From Promethearchaeia archaeon (lineage in GTDB: Archaea; Asgardarchaeota; Lokiarchaeia; Sigyniarchaeales; SOKP01), in contig JAHQWG010000047.1 in assembly GCA_029856045.1 (NCBI GenBank), positions 32,001-96,000 of the forward strand: a DNA stretch of 64,000 nt, given 5' to 3'. Both the position numbers and the translations under genes were made by a program. The notes under the pieces were generated by a model. That model did not search any database. It was not told the origin of the DNA and saw only the letters and a program-made list of their open reading frames with translations. Positions 10,568 to 20,515 of the stretch are shown here, piece by piece. The stretch's first letter is position 1. The number at the start of each line of letters is the position of its first letter.

Positions 10568-11245
10568 ATGTCTAAAGACCTATTATTCGAAATGTATCTA
10601 GACCATTTTAGAGAAAACTTTAATAAATATACAAGAAAAGCATTTCGACTGCTTCCTGAATTGGAAAATCCACGTATTCTTGATATAGGGTGTGGTTCGG
10701 GTGTTGCAACTATTGAATTGGCAAAGTTGAGTAATGGTGAAATAATTGGAATAGATATCGACCAATCTCTCCTAGATAAACTGAATAGAAAGATTGATGA
10801 AAAAGGCTTTTCAAATCGAATGAAAGCTTTAAAATGCTCTTTATTCGAGATCGATTTCCCTGATGATAGCTTCGATATCATCTGGTCTGAAGGTTCAATA
10901 TTTATAATTGGTTTTGAAACAGGTCTTAAGGAATGGAGTCGGTTACTTAAAACTAACGGTTTCTTAGTTGTCCATGATGCGAGAAAAAATATTTCAAATA
11001 AGCTTAAGAAGATACCTAACTATGGCTATAAACTTATAAATTATTTTTCATTGCCCGAGGATGTTTGGTGGACAGAATATTATAATCCTCTAGAAAAACG
11101 AATCAAAGAACTACGTAAAAAATATGATAATGATCCAGAAACTCTTAAGATATTTAAAAAGCATCAAAATGAAATAGATATGGTTAAAAAGAATTCTAAA
11201 GATTATAGCTCAATATTTTATATAATGCAAAAATTAATCCATTAA
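10568..11245 (+). CDS. Class I SAM-dependent methyltransferase
   Basis: ILDIGCGSG, FDIIWSEG. Confidence 0.9.
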   Translation: MSKDLLFEMYLDHFRENFNKYTRKAFRLLPELENPRILDIGCGSGVATIELAKLSNGEIIGIDIDQSLLDKLNRKIDEKGFSNRMKALKCSLFEIDFPDDSFDIIWSEGSIFIIGFETGLKEWSRLLKTNGFLVVHDARKNISNKLKKIPNYGYKLINYFSLPEDVWWTEYYNPLEKRIKELRKKYDNDPETLKIFKKHQNEIDMVKKNSKDYSSIFYIMQKLIH

Positions 11246-11339
11246 GATGTAAAATTCAAAATTATGTTAAACAATTAAACAAAACTAAGAATTGGTTTTA
11301 CTTCAATATTAATTGGAACTTTTGTTGTTTCTTTTAATT

Positions 11340-11714
11340 TTATTTTTTTATATTTTTAATACTCTCTTTACCATTCTTTTTTCTCTTTTTACTCAAGTCC
11401 AATACCTGCTTCATCTTTTTCCGATAATCTTCGAAGGCGTTTCTTCCCACCCCAGTGAGTTTATACATTGTATGTGGCTTTTTTCCCTTGAATTCCTTTT
11501 TAACTATGATATAGTTCGCATCCTCGAGTTTGCTCATGTGCGAAGATAAATTACCATCTGTCAGACCAGTTTGCCCTCTTAAAAATACGAAATCTGCTTC
11601 TTTGCTAATATATAGATACGCCAAAATCATTACGCGGGCGGGCGCGTAGAATATTTTGTCAATGTCGGTTAGAGATTTCAGTCCTTCACTGCTATTTATT
11701 TCGTTTTCGCTCAT
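11340..11714 (-). CDS. Winged-helix (ArsR/MarR-like) transcriptional regulator
   Basis: PARVMIL...LTDGNLSSHMSKLEDANYI...KKPHT.Y.LT..GR.AF. Confidence 0.88.
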   Translation of the reverse strand: MSENEINSSEGLKSLTDIDKIFYAPARVMILAYLYISKEADFVFLRGQTGLTDGNLSSHMSKLEDANYIIVKKEFKGKKPHTMYKLTGVGRNAFEDYRKKMKQVLDLSKKRKKNGKESIKNIKK

Positions 11715-11718
11715 TGAT

Positions 11719-12351
11719 CTACTCCTCTTTTGGTAATGGATATTTTCGAAAAAAGCGGATTAAAACTACAACTCCCATAATTAATATAATACTTCCCGAA
11801 ATACTAAACGCTATAGCAAAGTGAAAAGGGCTATCGATAAAGGGGTGAATTAGTTCAGAGACAAGCAAACTTAATCCCATAACTATCGCCGTTATATATA
11901 ATCGTGGCGTTTTTAAAAAATAGGCTAAACCACTCATTGGTAAAGTTAAGAATAATAAACCTATGACTAACATAGTAAGTATGGGGTCTGTTTGAATCCC
12001 AAATGGTCTTATTAGCGTAAAAATGAATATAATAAAGGTGATGATTACATTGATTAATAGAAATAACAATAACCTTTTGCTAGTCGGGCTTGTTTTAACG
12101 CTGATTTTAGCAATACCTGTGCGGGGAGCGGCAATATATTTCTTAGCAAAGTAATAAAATGGGAACGCTATCGAAATTATGATAGAATATAATAAAACAA
12201 TATTCCAGGGTAGTGGGATCAACTCCCAAAATACTCCAAAAAATCCCATTCCAATGAATAAAATTGCTAAATAAATATCTAATATCCCATCTTCGCCGCT
12301 AGTCTTGAAAATCTTTTTCTCAACCGTCTTTAAATCGATATTTTCTTCCAT
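11719..12351 (-). CDS. Multi-pass membrane protein (paralog of 12361..13017)
   Basis: EDGILDI and PRTG motifs; about 7 hydrophobic segments. Confidence 0.8.
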   Translation of the reverse strand: MEENIDLKTVEKKIFKTSGEDGILDIYLAILFIGMGFFGVFWELIPLPWNIVLLYSIIISIAFPFYYFAKKYIAAPRTGIAKISVKTSPTSKRLLLFLLINVIITFIIFIFTLIRPFGIQTDPILTMLVIGLLFLTLPMSGLAYFLKTPRLYITAIVMGLSLLVSELIHPFIDSPFHFAIAFSISGSIILIMGVVVLIRFFRKYPLPKEE

Positions 12352-12360
12352 TTTTTCATC

Positions 12361-13017
12361 TCATTCATTAATTGGCTCACTATTTTTTAACGGATATTTT
12401 TTAATAAATCGAGATAAAACAACTAATCCCATAACTATTATAGACCCCCCGGTAATGCTAAAAGCTATGAGGCTATCAAGAGGGCTACCGACTACGGGAT
12501 AAAAGATTTCGGTGAGAAAAAAACCCAACCCCAATACTATTGCAATTATGTACCAGCGAGGCGTTTTCGAAAAATAAGCTAATAAGCTTATAGGTAGAGC
12601 AATGATACCTAATCCAATAGATAACGTAAAAATAATTGGATCAATTTGAACGAATTGAAATAAATCTAAAAACGTCAAAATGAAAAAGATAAAGGAAACG
12701 ACTACATTAATACTTAGGGTTATTACTAATTTCTTCTTGGTTGGACTCGTTTTTACGCTGAGTTTAACGATACCCATACGGGGGGTGGTAATTTTTTTCT
12801 TGCCTATGATTAAAAATGTAAATGCAAAAGCTATTAAAATTAAATATATTCCTAAATATCCCATAACTCCAGGCAATATATCACGAAAAAGTGCTTGTAT
12901 CCCCAAGCTCATAAATAAAATGCCAAAATAGATATCCATTAAACCATCCTCGTTGGTTGTTTTAAATATTTTTTTATCGAGCGCCTTTAAATCAACATTT
13001 TCAGCCATATTTTCCAC
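12361..13017 (-). CDS. Multi-pass membrane protein (paralog of 11719..12351)
   Basis: EDGLMDI and PRMG motifs; colinear similarity to its neighbour. Confidence 0.8.
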   Translation of the reverse strand: MENMAENVDLKALDKKIFKTTNEDGLMDIYFGILFMSLGIQALFRDILPGVMGYLGIYLILIAFAFTFLIIGKKKITTPRMGIVKLSVKTSPTKKKLVITLSINVVVSFIFFILTFLDLFQFVQIDPIIFTLSIGLGIIALPISLLAYFSKTPRWYIIAIVLGLGFFLTEIFYPVVGSPLDSLIAFSITGGSIIVMGLVVLSRFIKKYPLKNSEPINE

Positions 13018-13019
13018 AT

Positions 13020-13262
13020 TTAACTTATATTTTTAACTTGTATAATATTGCCGCTTTTATACAATTTTGCTATCTTATTTACTTTTACGAGATAATATAT
13101 CAAAAACCCGATTATTACCCCATTAACTATTGTAAATAAAAATCCTAATAATTCGTTTGCAAAAAACATGTTAAATGGCATCTCCATACATACAAAAATG
13201 CACGTAAAAGACGCTAGAGCAAGCAATTTGCGCTCTTCTTCGCTGTATTCTTTTTTTACCAT
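13020..13262 (-). CDS. Small 2-TM membrane protein
   Basis: GGAGGTGA SD upstream; two hydrophobic helices. Confidence 0.65.
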   Translation of the reverse strand: MVKKEYSEEERKLLALASFTCIFVCMEMPFNMFFANELLGFLFTIVNGVIIGFLIYYLVKVNKIAKLYKSGNIIQVKNIS

Positions 13263-13386
13263 TCTTTTCTATTCACCTCCTTTTTCATTATCAACTTTCA
13301 TTTCCATTGCCATGCTTAACCGAAACGATCAAGAATCGACGGAAATAAAAAAAAATAAAAATTGGTATTTATTAATTTTTCAGATT

Positions 13387-15075
13387 TCACTCTAACTTAT
13401 TCAATTTCTTCATGCCAAAATATAACAGTGGAAGGCTAACCCCAATATTGTAGAGAAATACACTCCCATGCATAATAAACATCATTGATTCGCCTGGTAA
13501 TCTCAGGAACATGTCCAACATAATTCCCAGACCAATCGGCAGAAATAATAATGGTTGCAGTAAAAGCATTGATATCATAGTGTTTCCTTTCATTTTTGAG
13601 TCTTTTTCTCCAAATGCAGGAGATATACATTGAATACCCATAGCTGAACACATGGAGATTTGCGAAAATGCCAAAAACTCGCCAAAGAAGATCACCACTC
13701 TTACGATATCGAGATTTGCCAGAATTGAGAATATAGTTGTAATGACAGTTGCTAAGATAATGTTAAATACAAACAATGCTAACAAGTATGAATAAACAAG
13801 TCCTTTTAATCCTCTTGGAGATCTTTTGTAAACCCATATTAGATCTTTAGAATCGACGAAAGCTAGATGTCCGAGAATTATGCTTCCTATGCCTCCACCA
13901 ATTGCAATTAACATTGCTGTTCCAAATCCGAATCCAAAGATATCAGATGCCATACTTGAGATAAACCATGTCATAAATCCTAGAAGACCGACTACATAAG
14001 CAACTCTACCTAAGTTTGCTTTTTTCCTAAAAAACCTCTTTAACTGCATGACAATTAAGCCACCCCACTTGCGCCCTGACGCTTTTCTTACGAGCTTATA
14101 AAACGCATTTTCGTGTTCAACAACAGTTATACTGCTCATCTCGCCTTCACCTTCTAAGCTATAAAAAGATTCAGCTTTTTTATAAGAAACATATAGAATT
14201 GCTAATGGAACGCTGACAGCGAGTAAAAGGTTAACCCATATATTTAAAATGAATGCATCAAGTAAAATCGGATCTATGCTATACAAGATAATATTTGAAT
14301 ACCACAGAGATGGGTAAAACGCTAACCAATTTTTAAGTTCGGGATGTGCCATCAGTTCGTTAAGGAAAAACATTACCCCATACATTATAACAATCGAGAC
14401 AATCGTTAAAACCCATATTAACGCCTTTCCATAATCTCTTGCTTTCTCGCTCTTCGAAATTTTATGTTCAATCCAACTCGCTATAATTGAACCAACCAGA
14501 TTAGCAAAATATACGGTTGCAAAAACACACCCGTATATCGCCACATATTGTATGAAAGTCAAATCTATGATAGGATTTATCAAACCAACTACTATTGGAG
14601 CAAATATTAAAACAAACATCGTATATATCGGCATCTTACCTAAAAATTCTCCTAGAAAGATGTCGTTTGGCTTAACAGGTGTCGCTAACAATGATTCTTT
14701 AAAACCAGTTTCGCTTCTACTATACACATTGTTTAACGGATACATCAAAAGAAATAAAAACATCATCATCATAATCGATTCGATGAGTATCGCAACAACA
14801 GGTTTGAAAATATCGGAGTATTGCACAGCTAAAGTCGGCATAAACAAATCAAATAGGAGTGGTGCGACTATAAACGCCCACAAGAGTAGTAGCGAATATA
14901 ATGAAGTAAAAAATAATATTCGATGGTTTCGGACGCCGCTTGTTCTAATTCTTATCTCGTTTTTCGCAATAGGCTTCCATAAACTCTTCTTTTTATATCT
15001 TATATCAATTGTGCGTTGTTTACTTTCATCGCTGACAGAAGTTTCCAACATTTCTTCTGTGGTTAATAATGTCAT
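13387..15075 (-). CDS. ABC-2 type exporter permease (about 12 TM)
   Basis: LLATPVKPNDIFLGE ABC-2 signature; adjacent to an ABC ATPase. Confidence 0.8.
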   Translation of the reverse strand: MTLLTTEEMLETSVSDESKQRTIDIRYKKKSLWKPIAKNEIRIRTSGVRNHRILFFTSLYSLLLLWAFIVAPLLFDLFMPTLAVQYSDIFKPVVAILIESIMMMMFLFLLMYPLNNVYSRSETGFKESLLATPVKPNDIFLGEFLGKMPIYTMFVLIFAPIVVGLINPIIDLTFIQYVAIYGCVFATVYFANLVGSIIASWIEHKISKSEKARDYGKALIWVLTIVSIVIMYGVMFFLNELMAHPELKNWLAFYPSLWYSNIILYSIDPILLDAFILNIWVNLLLAVSVPLAILYVSYKKAESFYSLEGEGEMSSITVVEHENAFYKLVRKASGRKWGGLIVMQLKRFFRKKANLGRVAYVVGLLGFMTWFISSMASDIFGFGFGTAMLIAIGGGIGSIILGHLAFVDSKDLIWVYKRSPRGLKGLVYSYLLALFVFNIILATVITTIFSILANLDIVRVVIFFGEFLAFSQISMCSAMGIQCISPAFGEKDSKMKGNTMISMLLLQPLLFLPIGLGIMLDMFLRLPGESMMFIMHGSVFLYNIGVSLPLLYFGMKKLNKLE

Positions 15076-15082
15076 TTGAAAT

Positions 15083-15922
15083 CTACCTCGATTTTTTGTT
15101 TTTTTTCTTTCTTTTTCTTTCCTTCTTATTATTGTATTCGTAATTATTAGAGTTTTCGTCTCTCCAAGCTAATAAATCATCGATATGAGACGCACCGGTA
15201 ATTTTTAAGTACGCTTCTTCCAAGTCTTTAGCACCAACAGATTCAATTATTTCTTTTGGAGTACCTTCAACTTTTAGTTCTCCGTCAATAATAATACCAA
15301 TCATATCGCATAATTCTTCAGCCGCATCGAGAAAGTGAGTACAAATGAAAATGGTCTTGTCCGCTTTTTTAGCGAGTTCAGAAATAAGGTCTTTTACCAT
15401 TCTGGCAGCAGCAGGGTCTAAATTCGATGTCGGTTCGTCTAAAAAGATTATTTCAGGATCTTGGATCAACGCTGCACATAAACAAACCTTCTGTTTCATA
15501 CCCCTAGAATAACTCTCTAAAAGATCGTTTTCTCGACCTTCTAAGTCAAACATCTCTAATAACTCATCAATGCGAGTGGAAATCACATCTTTCGGTAAGT
15601 AATACAACTCACCGATAAATTCTAAGAATTCTCTCGCACTAAGTTTAGAATATAAACCAGGAGATTCTGGTAAAAATCCGCAAATCCTTCTTATATCATC
15701 GCTTTGAGTAATTAAATTATACCCGCCAACCGATGCATTCCCAGAAGTTCTAGAAATAATTGCGTTAAGTACTCTTACAGTTGTGGTTTTACCTGCCCCA
15801 TTTGGTCCTAATAGACCATAAGTTTTTCCGTAAGGAATCTGTAAATTCAAATTATTAACTGCAAGAACATTCCCAAAATTTTTTGTAAGGTTTTGGGTCC
15901 TTATAGCATAACTTTCAGTAAT
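15083..15922 (-). CDS. ABC transporter ATP-binding protein
   Basis: GPNGAGKTT, YSRGMKQK, FLDEPT. The frame extends upstream of the track start (AIRTQNLTKNFG...AVNNLNL) to an ATT at 15922 behind an AGGTGG SD. Confidence 0.92.
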   Translation of the reverse strand: MTESYAIRTQNLTKNFGNVLAVNNLNLQIPYGKTYGLLGPNGAGKTTTVRVLNAIISRTSGNASVGGYNLITQSDDIRRICGFLPESPGLYSKLSAREFLEFIGELYYLPKDVISTRIDELLEMFDLEGRENDLLESYSRGMKQKVCLCAALIQDPEIIFLDEPTSNLDPAAARMVKDLISELAKKADKTIFICTHFLDAAEELCDMIGIIIDGELKVEGTPKEIIESVGAKDLEEAYLKITGASHIDDLLAWRDENSNNYEYNNKKERKRKKKNKKSR

Positions 15923-16176
15923 TTTTGACCACCTTATTTTTTTTTGATTTTTTGGTAATTTAATTTAATTTATAATTATAAAGCACTCTGTGATATATAA
16001 GGCTTTGCATCCCAAAGTCATTTGCAATTATTAATTTTTTTATTAAAATATTTACTTCCTTTCTAACGTCCAAAATTAGGGCGTAAAAATATTTATCATA
16101 AAAAAGAAACAAGATTTTCAGAATTAAAACGAAAATTTAAATAAAATGATAAAAAATGGCATTTTATTAAAGAAAC

Positions 16177-16371
16177 TTAAACAAAATTCAGAAGAGTCTC
16201 TTGGAATTTTTTTTTTTCATTTCTCGATTTTATTGAATTTTCCAGATCTGACAATTCAAAGGGGAAGATATTTTCAAATGCACGAGTTAGGAGTTCTTTA
16301 TATTTTTTCTTATCATATTGATGTTTTTTGGAGTCGTACAATTCTGTGAGGATCATTTTTTTATACGCCAT
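16177..16371 (-). pseudogene. Duplicated 3' fragment of polB2 (64-aa ORF)
   Basis: 49/63 aa identical to the C-terminus of 17082..19475, counted by eye. Confidence 0.85.
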
Positions 16372-16373
16372 AT

Positions 16374-17027
16374 TTAATTGAATGTTTTAATTAGCCTGAC
16401 ATAATATATTATTATTAATGTTATTAAAAAACTGAAGAAAATAAGGATAAACGGATAAAAAATAAAAAAAAATAATATTGGGAAATATTCTAGCTGATAG
16501 AAACGAAAAATTTGTAATAAGAATACATAAAGAACAACTATTAATAAAAAAATTCCAATGTTTACTCTTCTTTGATATTTATTATAGCATTTTTTACAAT
16601 AATAGCCCTTAGTTGAAAAAAATGTTTTGGGTTTAATGAATTGTCTATTTTTATTCCTAAATATTTCGTTAGAAATAATAACTCCGCAACCTCTACAAAA
16701 TGTTTCATTTCCTAATTCTATGTGAACTTTATTGCTTACATTTCTATAATAACGGATGTGATATATTGATGCATTCTTTCTCATAAAATATGATAAAAGG
16801 AACTTAATGATACAGAGTAAACAGACGGAAATCCATAAAAAATCTACTACAACTCTAGGATCATACATAATAAAGTTAAAACTCTCAAGATGAATAAAAA
16901 GAATTAAACAACCTAATATAGTCAATATAGTATAGAGAATAAAAGCAAGAATTGGTTCAGATGAACCATATTTTTGTTGGGGAATTTCTTTAAATTTTTG
17001 GACTTCCTGAATTTCAATTTTTTGCAT
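16374..17027 (-). CDS. Membrane protein with CxxC...CxxC zinc finger, hypothetical
   Basis: Four hydrophobic segments; CRGC and CKKC between the TM pairs. Confidence 0.7.
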   Translation of the reverse strand: MQKIEIQEVQKFKEIPQQKYGSSEPILAFILYTILTILGCLILFIHLESFNFIMYDPRVVVDFLWISVCLLCIIKFLLSYFMRKNASIYHIRYYRNVSNKVHIELGNETFCRGCGVIISNEIFRNKNRQFIKPKTFFSTKGYYCKKCYNKYQRRVNIGIFLLIVVLYVFLLQIFRFYQLEYFPILFFFIFYPFILIFFSFLITLIIIYYVRLIKTFN

Positions 17028-17081
17028 AGCTCACATTCTTTTTAGTAAATAGGCTATTTAATAATTAGCATTCTTAACAAA

Positions 17082-19475
17082 TTAAGCAAAATTCAACAGC
17101 GTCTTTTGAAGTTTTCTTTCTTCATTTCTCGATTTTATTGAATTTTCCAAATCTGGCAATTCAAAGGGGATGATATTTTTAAATGCACGAGTTAGGAGTT
17201 CTTTATATTTCTCCTTATCATATTGATGTTTTTTTGGGTTGTACAGTTCCGAAAGGATTACTTTCTTATGTGCTGAACCTGGGTCAGCTTCAGCGTTTGT
17301 AATGATAAATTTTACTTTTTGACCCGCAGACACTGGCACCCCTGCCTTCTCCTTTTGGTTAGCAGCAACTGCTTGATATGAATTTACTTTGTACTGCGAA
17401 GGTTTTCGGGAAACTCTTATTATGACGCTAAGCTCTTCAGTCGTTACATTTCCACTATCAATTTTATCTAAATAATGATATAAAACGCGTTTTGCTTCAG
17501 GGATCTTTGACAAAAATTGTTCTTTGGTTTTCACATTCAAAAAGACATTAATCATTGCCTTCTGTGCCTCTTTCACGATTCTTGGTGTATCTCTGCGTCT
17601 AATATCAATTCCTCTCAGTTTAGTTGTCCCATCGACTCTTACCCCCCAGTAATGATTGAGTGTAGGTATTTTTGGATTCGCACGAGAGGGCATGAATACA
17701 ATGAAATTATATATTCCTTCAATATTAATTGGAATTTTTGTTGCTTCTTCTATTCTTTTGCAAATTTCTTCGCAATCTTTACTAAATTGCTCACTTGAGG
17801 TACCTTTTTTATTTTCTATGAATAGGGAGTCTACAATGCCGTGAATTATTTTATAGCCATATTCACGAGCAATTTCTGCCGATTGCAGTAAGAACTCACG
17901 AGAATACGCACAAACAGTTTGATGCGCCTCTATTCGCCCAAATCGTGAATTCTTGAATCCCAAATATCCAAATGAAACAACGAGTATCCATTTTAACGCT
18001 TTCTGCATATATTTGTACTTAATATCTCCAGTCTCTTTCGCGATTCGTTTGTATACTAATCTTTTTCTCAAAGGAATCTCAATTGATTTTGAAACAATAC
18101 CCCGTCGTTTCTTACAGATATGAAAGTTCAATCCCGGAACTTGAATTGCTGAAGGATCATCTTTGCAACATTTACAATTGAGGGTTTCGGGTGAGATATT
18201 ATATATACTCATTAATGAGGGGTACATTGAAGCAAAATCTAATTCAGCAACATTATTAAACACTCCGATCTTTGGCTCAAAGATATGCCCACCCCTATCT
18301 GCTAAAATTAAATCGAGAGCTGTTTTGAAGTCTTCTGCATTACTTTTTAAAGGTGGAATAAGAATATCCGACTGATAAGCGTTATAGAATTGAATTGATT
18401 GTAGGGCGCCACCAATTGTAACTCGGGTAAGTCGTTGTATTGGAACTCGGGACACTCGCGCAACTTCAAGGACCCCTGGTATGTTGCCATCGATGAAATG
18501 AAGGCTTCCGTAGGCTGAAGAGTCCAAATGAAATCGACCAGTTAAATAACATTGGGTTTGCGAACGACGATATATGATCCCGTAGGAAAAAAAATGGTCC
18601 TCACCATTTAACTTGAATATTCCGCTCTTAAGGGGAGTTTTAGTCCGAGAGAGATAAAATCTTCTTGTAATTCGATTTGTTGAAGCCCGGGCAACTAAAT
18701 AGGGCATTCCAAATTCGTCACCCCTTGTTGTAAGAATAATATCTGGATCAATTCTTTCGATAGTTCGGACTATCTCCAACAAATTTTCCTCCTCGTCACC
18801 ATTATCAATAAGTATGGTTCTTCTAATCGGAGAATCGGCTCTAGGCATGTCTGCCTTTCTTTCATTCTCGACAATTCCTATTTCCGCGTATGCCATTGGC
18901 TCATTGAATTGTGGTTTCAAACCCTTCTGCTGGACTTTGATCTCCAACCAAACCGCCCTCAAGGGAGGCGTCTCATAAAACAAATCTTCGTTGTTATCCT
19001 TTAACTCATAAGAGAGCAAATACATTTCATTATTTTCACCCAAACTCACTGAAAAGCAACACAAAGCCATTGGAAAGAGACTATTCACGTAGAAATACAT
19101 TTGAGCAATTGGAATGTCAGTATTATATAACGTGAAATAATCAAGTTTTTCGATATCTTTTATTGTAGATTTAAATACAGAAGGCTTTTTTACTGACACC
19201 CCAAAAATCATCCTTTTTTCGCAATCGTCAATCGAGACATACTTACTGCAAAGTCTTGCTCTGACAATATTTGGGTGGGATTTGAGGATCTGCTTCAGCC
19301 TTGGAAAATCGCTTCCAAATCGCCCTTTTTTTGGAACTGCGAAAAATTCTGGCTGAAACTCAGATTTAATCTGAACTACTTGGTTTTCTTTTTTTGTTTT
19401 GACCCATAAAATAATCCCACTTGCATATGTGGTGACGTCCAATATCCATCCGTAGAAGTTCTTTATCTCAGTCAT
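17082..19475 (-). CDS. polB2: Family B DNA polymerase, PolB2 group
   Basis: DFASMYPS (motif A), KWILVVSFGYLG (B), HGIVDS (PolB2-type C); degenerate exonuclease; characteristic operon context. Confidence 0.9.
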   Translation of the reverse strand: MTEIKNFYGWILDVTTYASGIILWVKTKKENQVVQIKSEFQPEFFAVPKKGRFGSDFPRLKQILKSHPNIVRARLCSKYVSIDDCEKRMIFGVSVKKPSVFKSTIKDIEKLDYFTLYNTDIPIAQMYFYVNSLFPMALCCFSVSLGENNEMYLLSYELKDNNEDLFYETPPLRAVWLEIKVQQKGLKPQFNEPMAYAEIGIVENERKADMPRADSPIRRTILIDNGDEEENLLEIVRTIERIDPDIILTTRGDEFGMPYLVARASTNRITRRFYLSRTKTPLKSGIFKLNGEDHFFSYGIIYRRSQTQCYLTGRFHLDSSAYGSLHFIDGNIPGVLEVARVSRVPIQRLTRVTIGGALQSIQFYNAYQSDILIPPLKSNAEDFKTALDLILADRGGHIFEPKIGVFNNVAELDFASMYPSLMSIYNISPETLNCKCCKDDPSAIQVPGLNFHICKKRRGIVSKSIEIPLRKRLVYKRIAKETGDIKYKYMQKALKWILVVSFGYLGFKNSRFGRIEAHQTVCAYSREFLLQSAEIAREYGYKIIHGIVDSLFIENKKGTSSEQFSKDCEEICKRIEEATKIPINIEGIYNFIVFMPSRANPKIPTLNHYWGVRVDGTTKLRGIDIRRRDTPRIVKEAQKAMINVFLNVKTKEQFLSKIPEAKRVLYHYLDKIDSGNVTTEELSVIIRVSRKPSQYKVNSYQAVAANQKEKAGVPVSAGQKVKFIITNAEADPGSAHKKVILSELYNPKKHQYDKEKYKELLTRAFKNIIPFELPDLENSIKSRNEERKLQKTLLNFA

Positions 19476-19732
19476 TTACTTTTTTCCAATTCGCTTATTC
19501 TTTTTTCTAATTCCTCAATTCTTTTCTCTTGTTCAAGTGCTACTGAGAAAAAGAGAAATTCAGATAACACAGGTCTAGCTGCCATACTCCCAGCATCAGC
19601 ATGAATTCGAGCGTGATCCATTACTTGATCGAAAAATTTTCTCTCTTCAGGGCTTAGAGCCCTTTTGAAATCTTTCCAGCTCTCAATCTCCATTTCAAGC
19701 GCTGGACGGAAAGACGGAACTGTTCTACCCAA
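19472..19732 (-). CDS. Small PolB2-associated protein (arCOG07300-like)
   Basis: MGRTVPSFR N-terminus; overlaps the polB2 start; GAGGTGA SD. Confidence 0.85.
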   Translation of the reverse strand: MGRTVPSFRPALEMEIESWKDFKRALSPEERKFFDQVMDHARIHADAGSMAARPVLSEFLFFSVALEQEKRIEELEKRISELEKSK

Positions 19733-19765
19733 TTATTTCACCTCAATTTTTATTTTAGCTTGGTT

Positions 19766-20515
19766 TTAGGAAAACCAAAAATCTAATGTCGTATTTTTTA
19801 AGGTTTTAGATCTATCTACTTTTTGCTTGCGGGCTTTCCATCTGACAACCTTTTTATTAGGCAAGTATGGATGTTGGATTAGTCGATACTCAGTAAAGCG
19901 ATCCTCATCGTTAATCAGAACTAATACATTTGCGAAATGAGAGAGTATATTACCCCCCTTTACTCGAACATAAGAATATTCATGAAGTGGTGCCGTTAGA
20001 ATAACCAATGATTTCGTTTTTTGTGCGACTTTCTTTATGCCATTTATAGCCCTTGATAAGTCTTCAAATGTACTTTGTTCATAATTCCCAAATAGCTTGG
20101 TTATTCCAGAAACCAGAACCATTCTTATATCATCAATCTTTAATAACTTATTCTCTAAGATTTCGACCATTTGAGGCCATGTGAATGCCCGAGAGATCAA
20201 AATATTGCCTAACACTAATGAAGGACTTAATCGCATTGATAAGGCTAGAGTACTTATTTTATAGGGACTGAATCTATTTGTTGCATCGATGTAGGCGATT
20301 CTCCCACCGAGACCGTCATCAAGAAATCTTTTTTGAAAACTTACCGCCGTCGAATGCAAAATATCATTTGTGATTTTTTTGGAGCCATATAGTAAATATA
20401 TTAATTCTTTGTGAAATCCTCCTTGTAATAATTCATCTAGTTTAGAATCCCCACTCGGAATTAAAGGATATTTGCTGTTTTCTTTGTGATATGCGTAGCC
20501 TGAAAGCAACTCCAT
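19766..20515 (-). CDS. RadA/RecA-like protein with degenerate Walker A (PolB2 operon)
   Basis: SGDSKLDELLQGG, YIDATNRF, ISRAFT; Walker A reads LYGSKKIT. Confidence 0.85.
   Translation of the reverse strand: MELLSGYAYHKENSKYPLIPSGDSKLDELLQGGFHKELIYLLYGSKKITNDILHSTAVSFQKRFLDDGLGGRIAYIDATNRFSPYKISTLALSMRLSPSLVLGNILISRAFTWPQMVEILENKLLKIDDIRMVLVSGITKLFGNYEQSTFEDLSRAINGIKKVAQKTKSLVILTAPLHEYSYVRVKGGNILSHFANVLVLINDEDRFTEYRLIQHPYLPNKKVVRWKARKQKVDRSKTLKNTTLDFWFS

Larger units (their letters stand above)
16177..17273. repeat. Diverged direct repeat (16177..16368 and 17082..17273) flanking one cargo gene
   Basis: About 190-nt alignment visible at both nucleotide and protein level. Confidence 0.9.

Noticed and set aside
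14552-15079. 175-aa antisense ORF, and the other short antisense ORFs in the track
   Set aside because: They overlap well-supported genes on the opposite strand and show no motifs.
17082-19475. PolB as marker of a casposon, virus or pipolin
   Set aside because: Motifs and neighbours match the cellular PolB2 operon; no Cas1, integrase, capsid or terminal inverted repeats.
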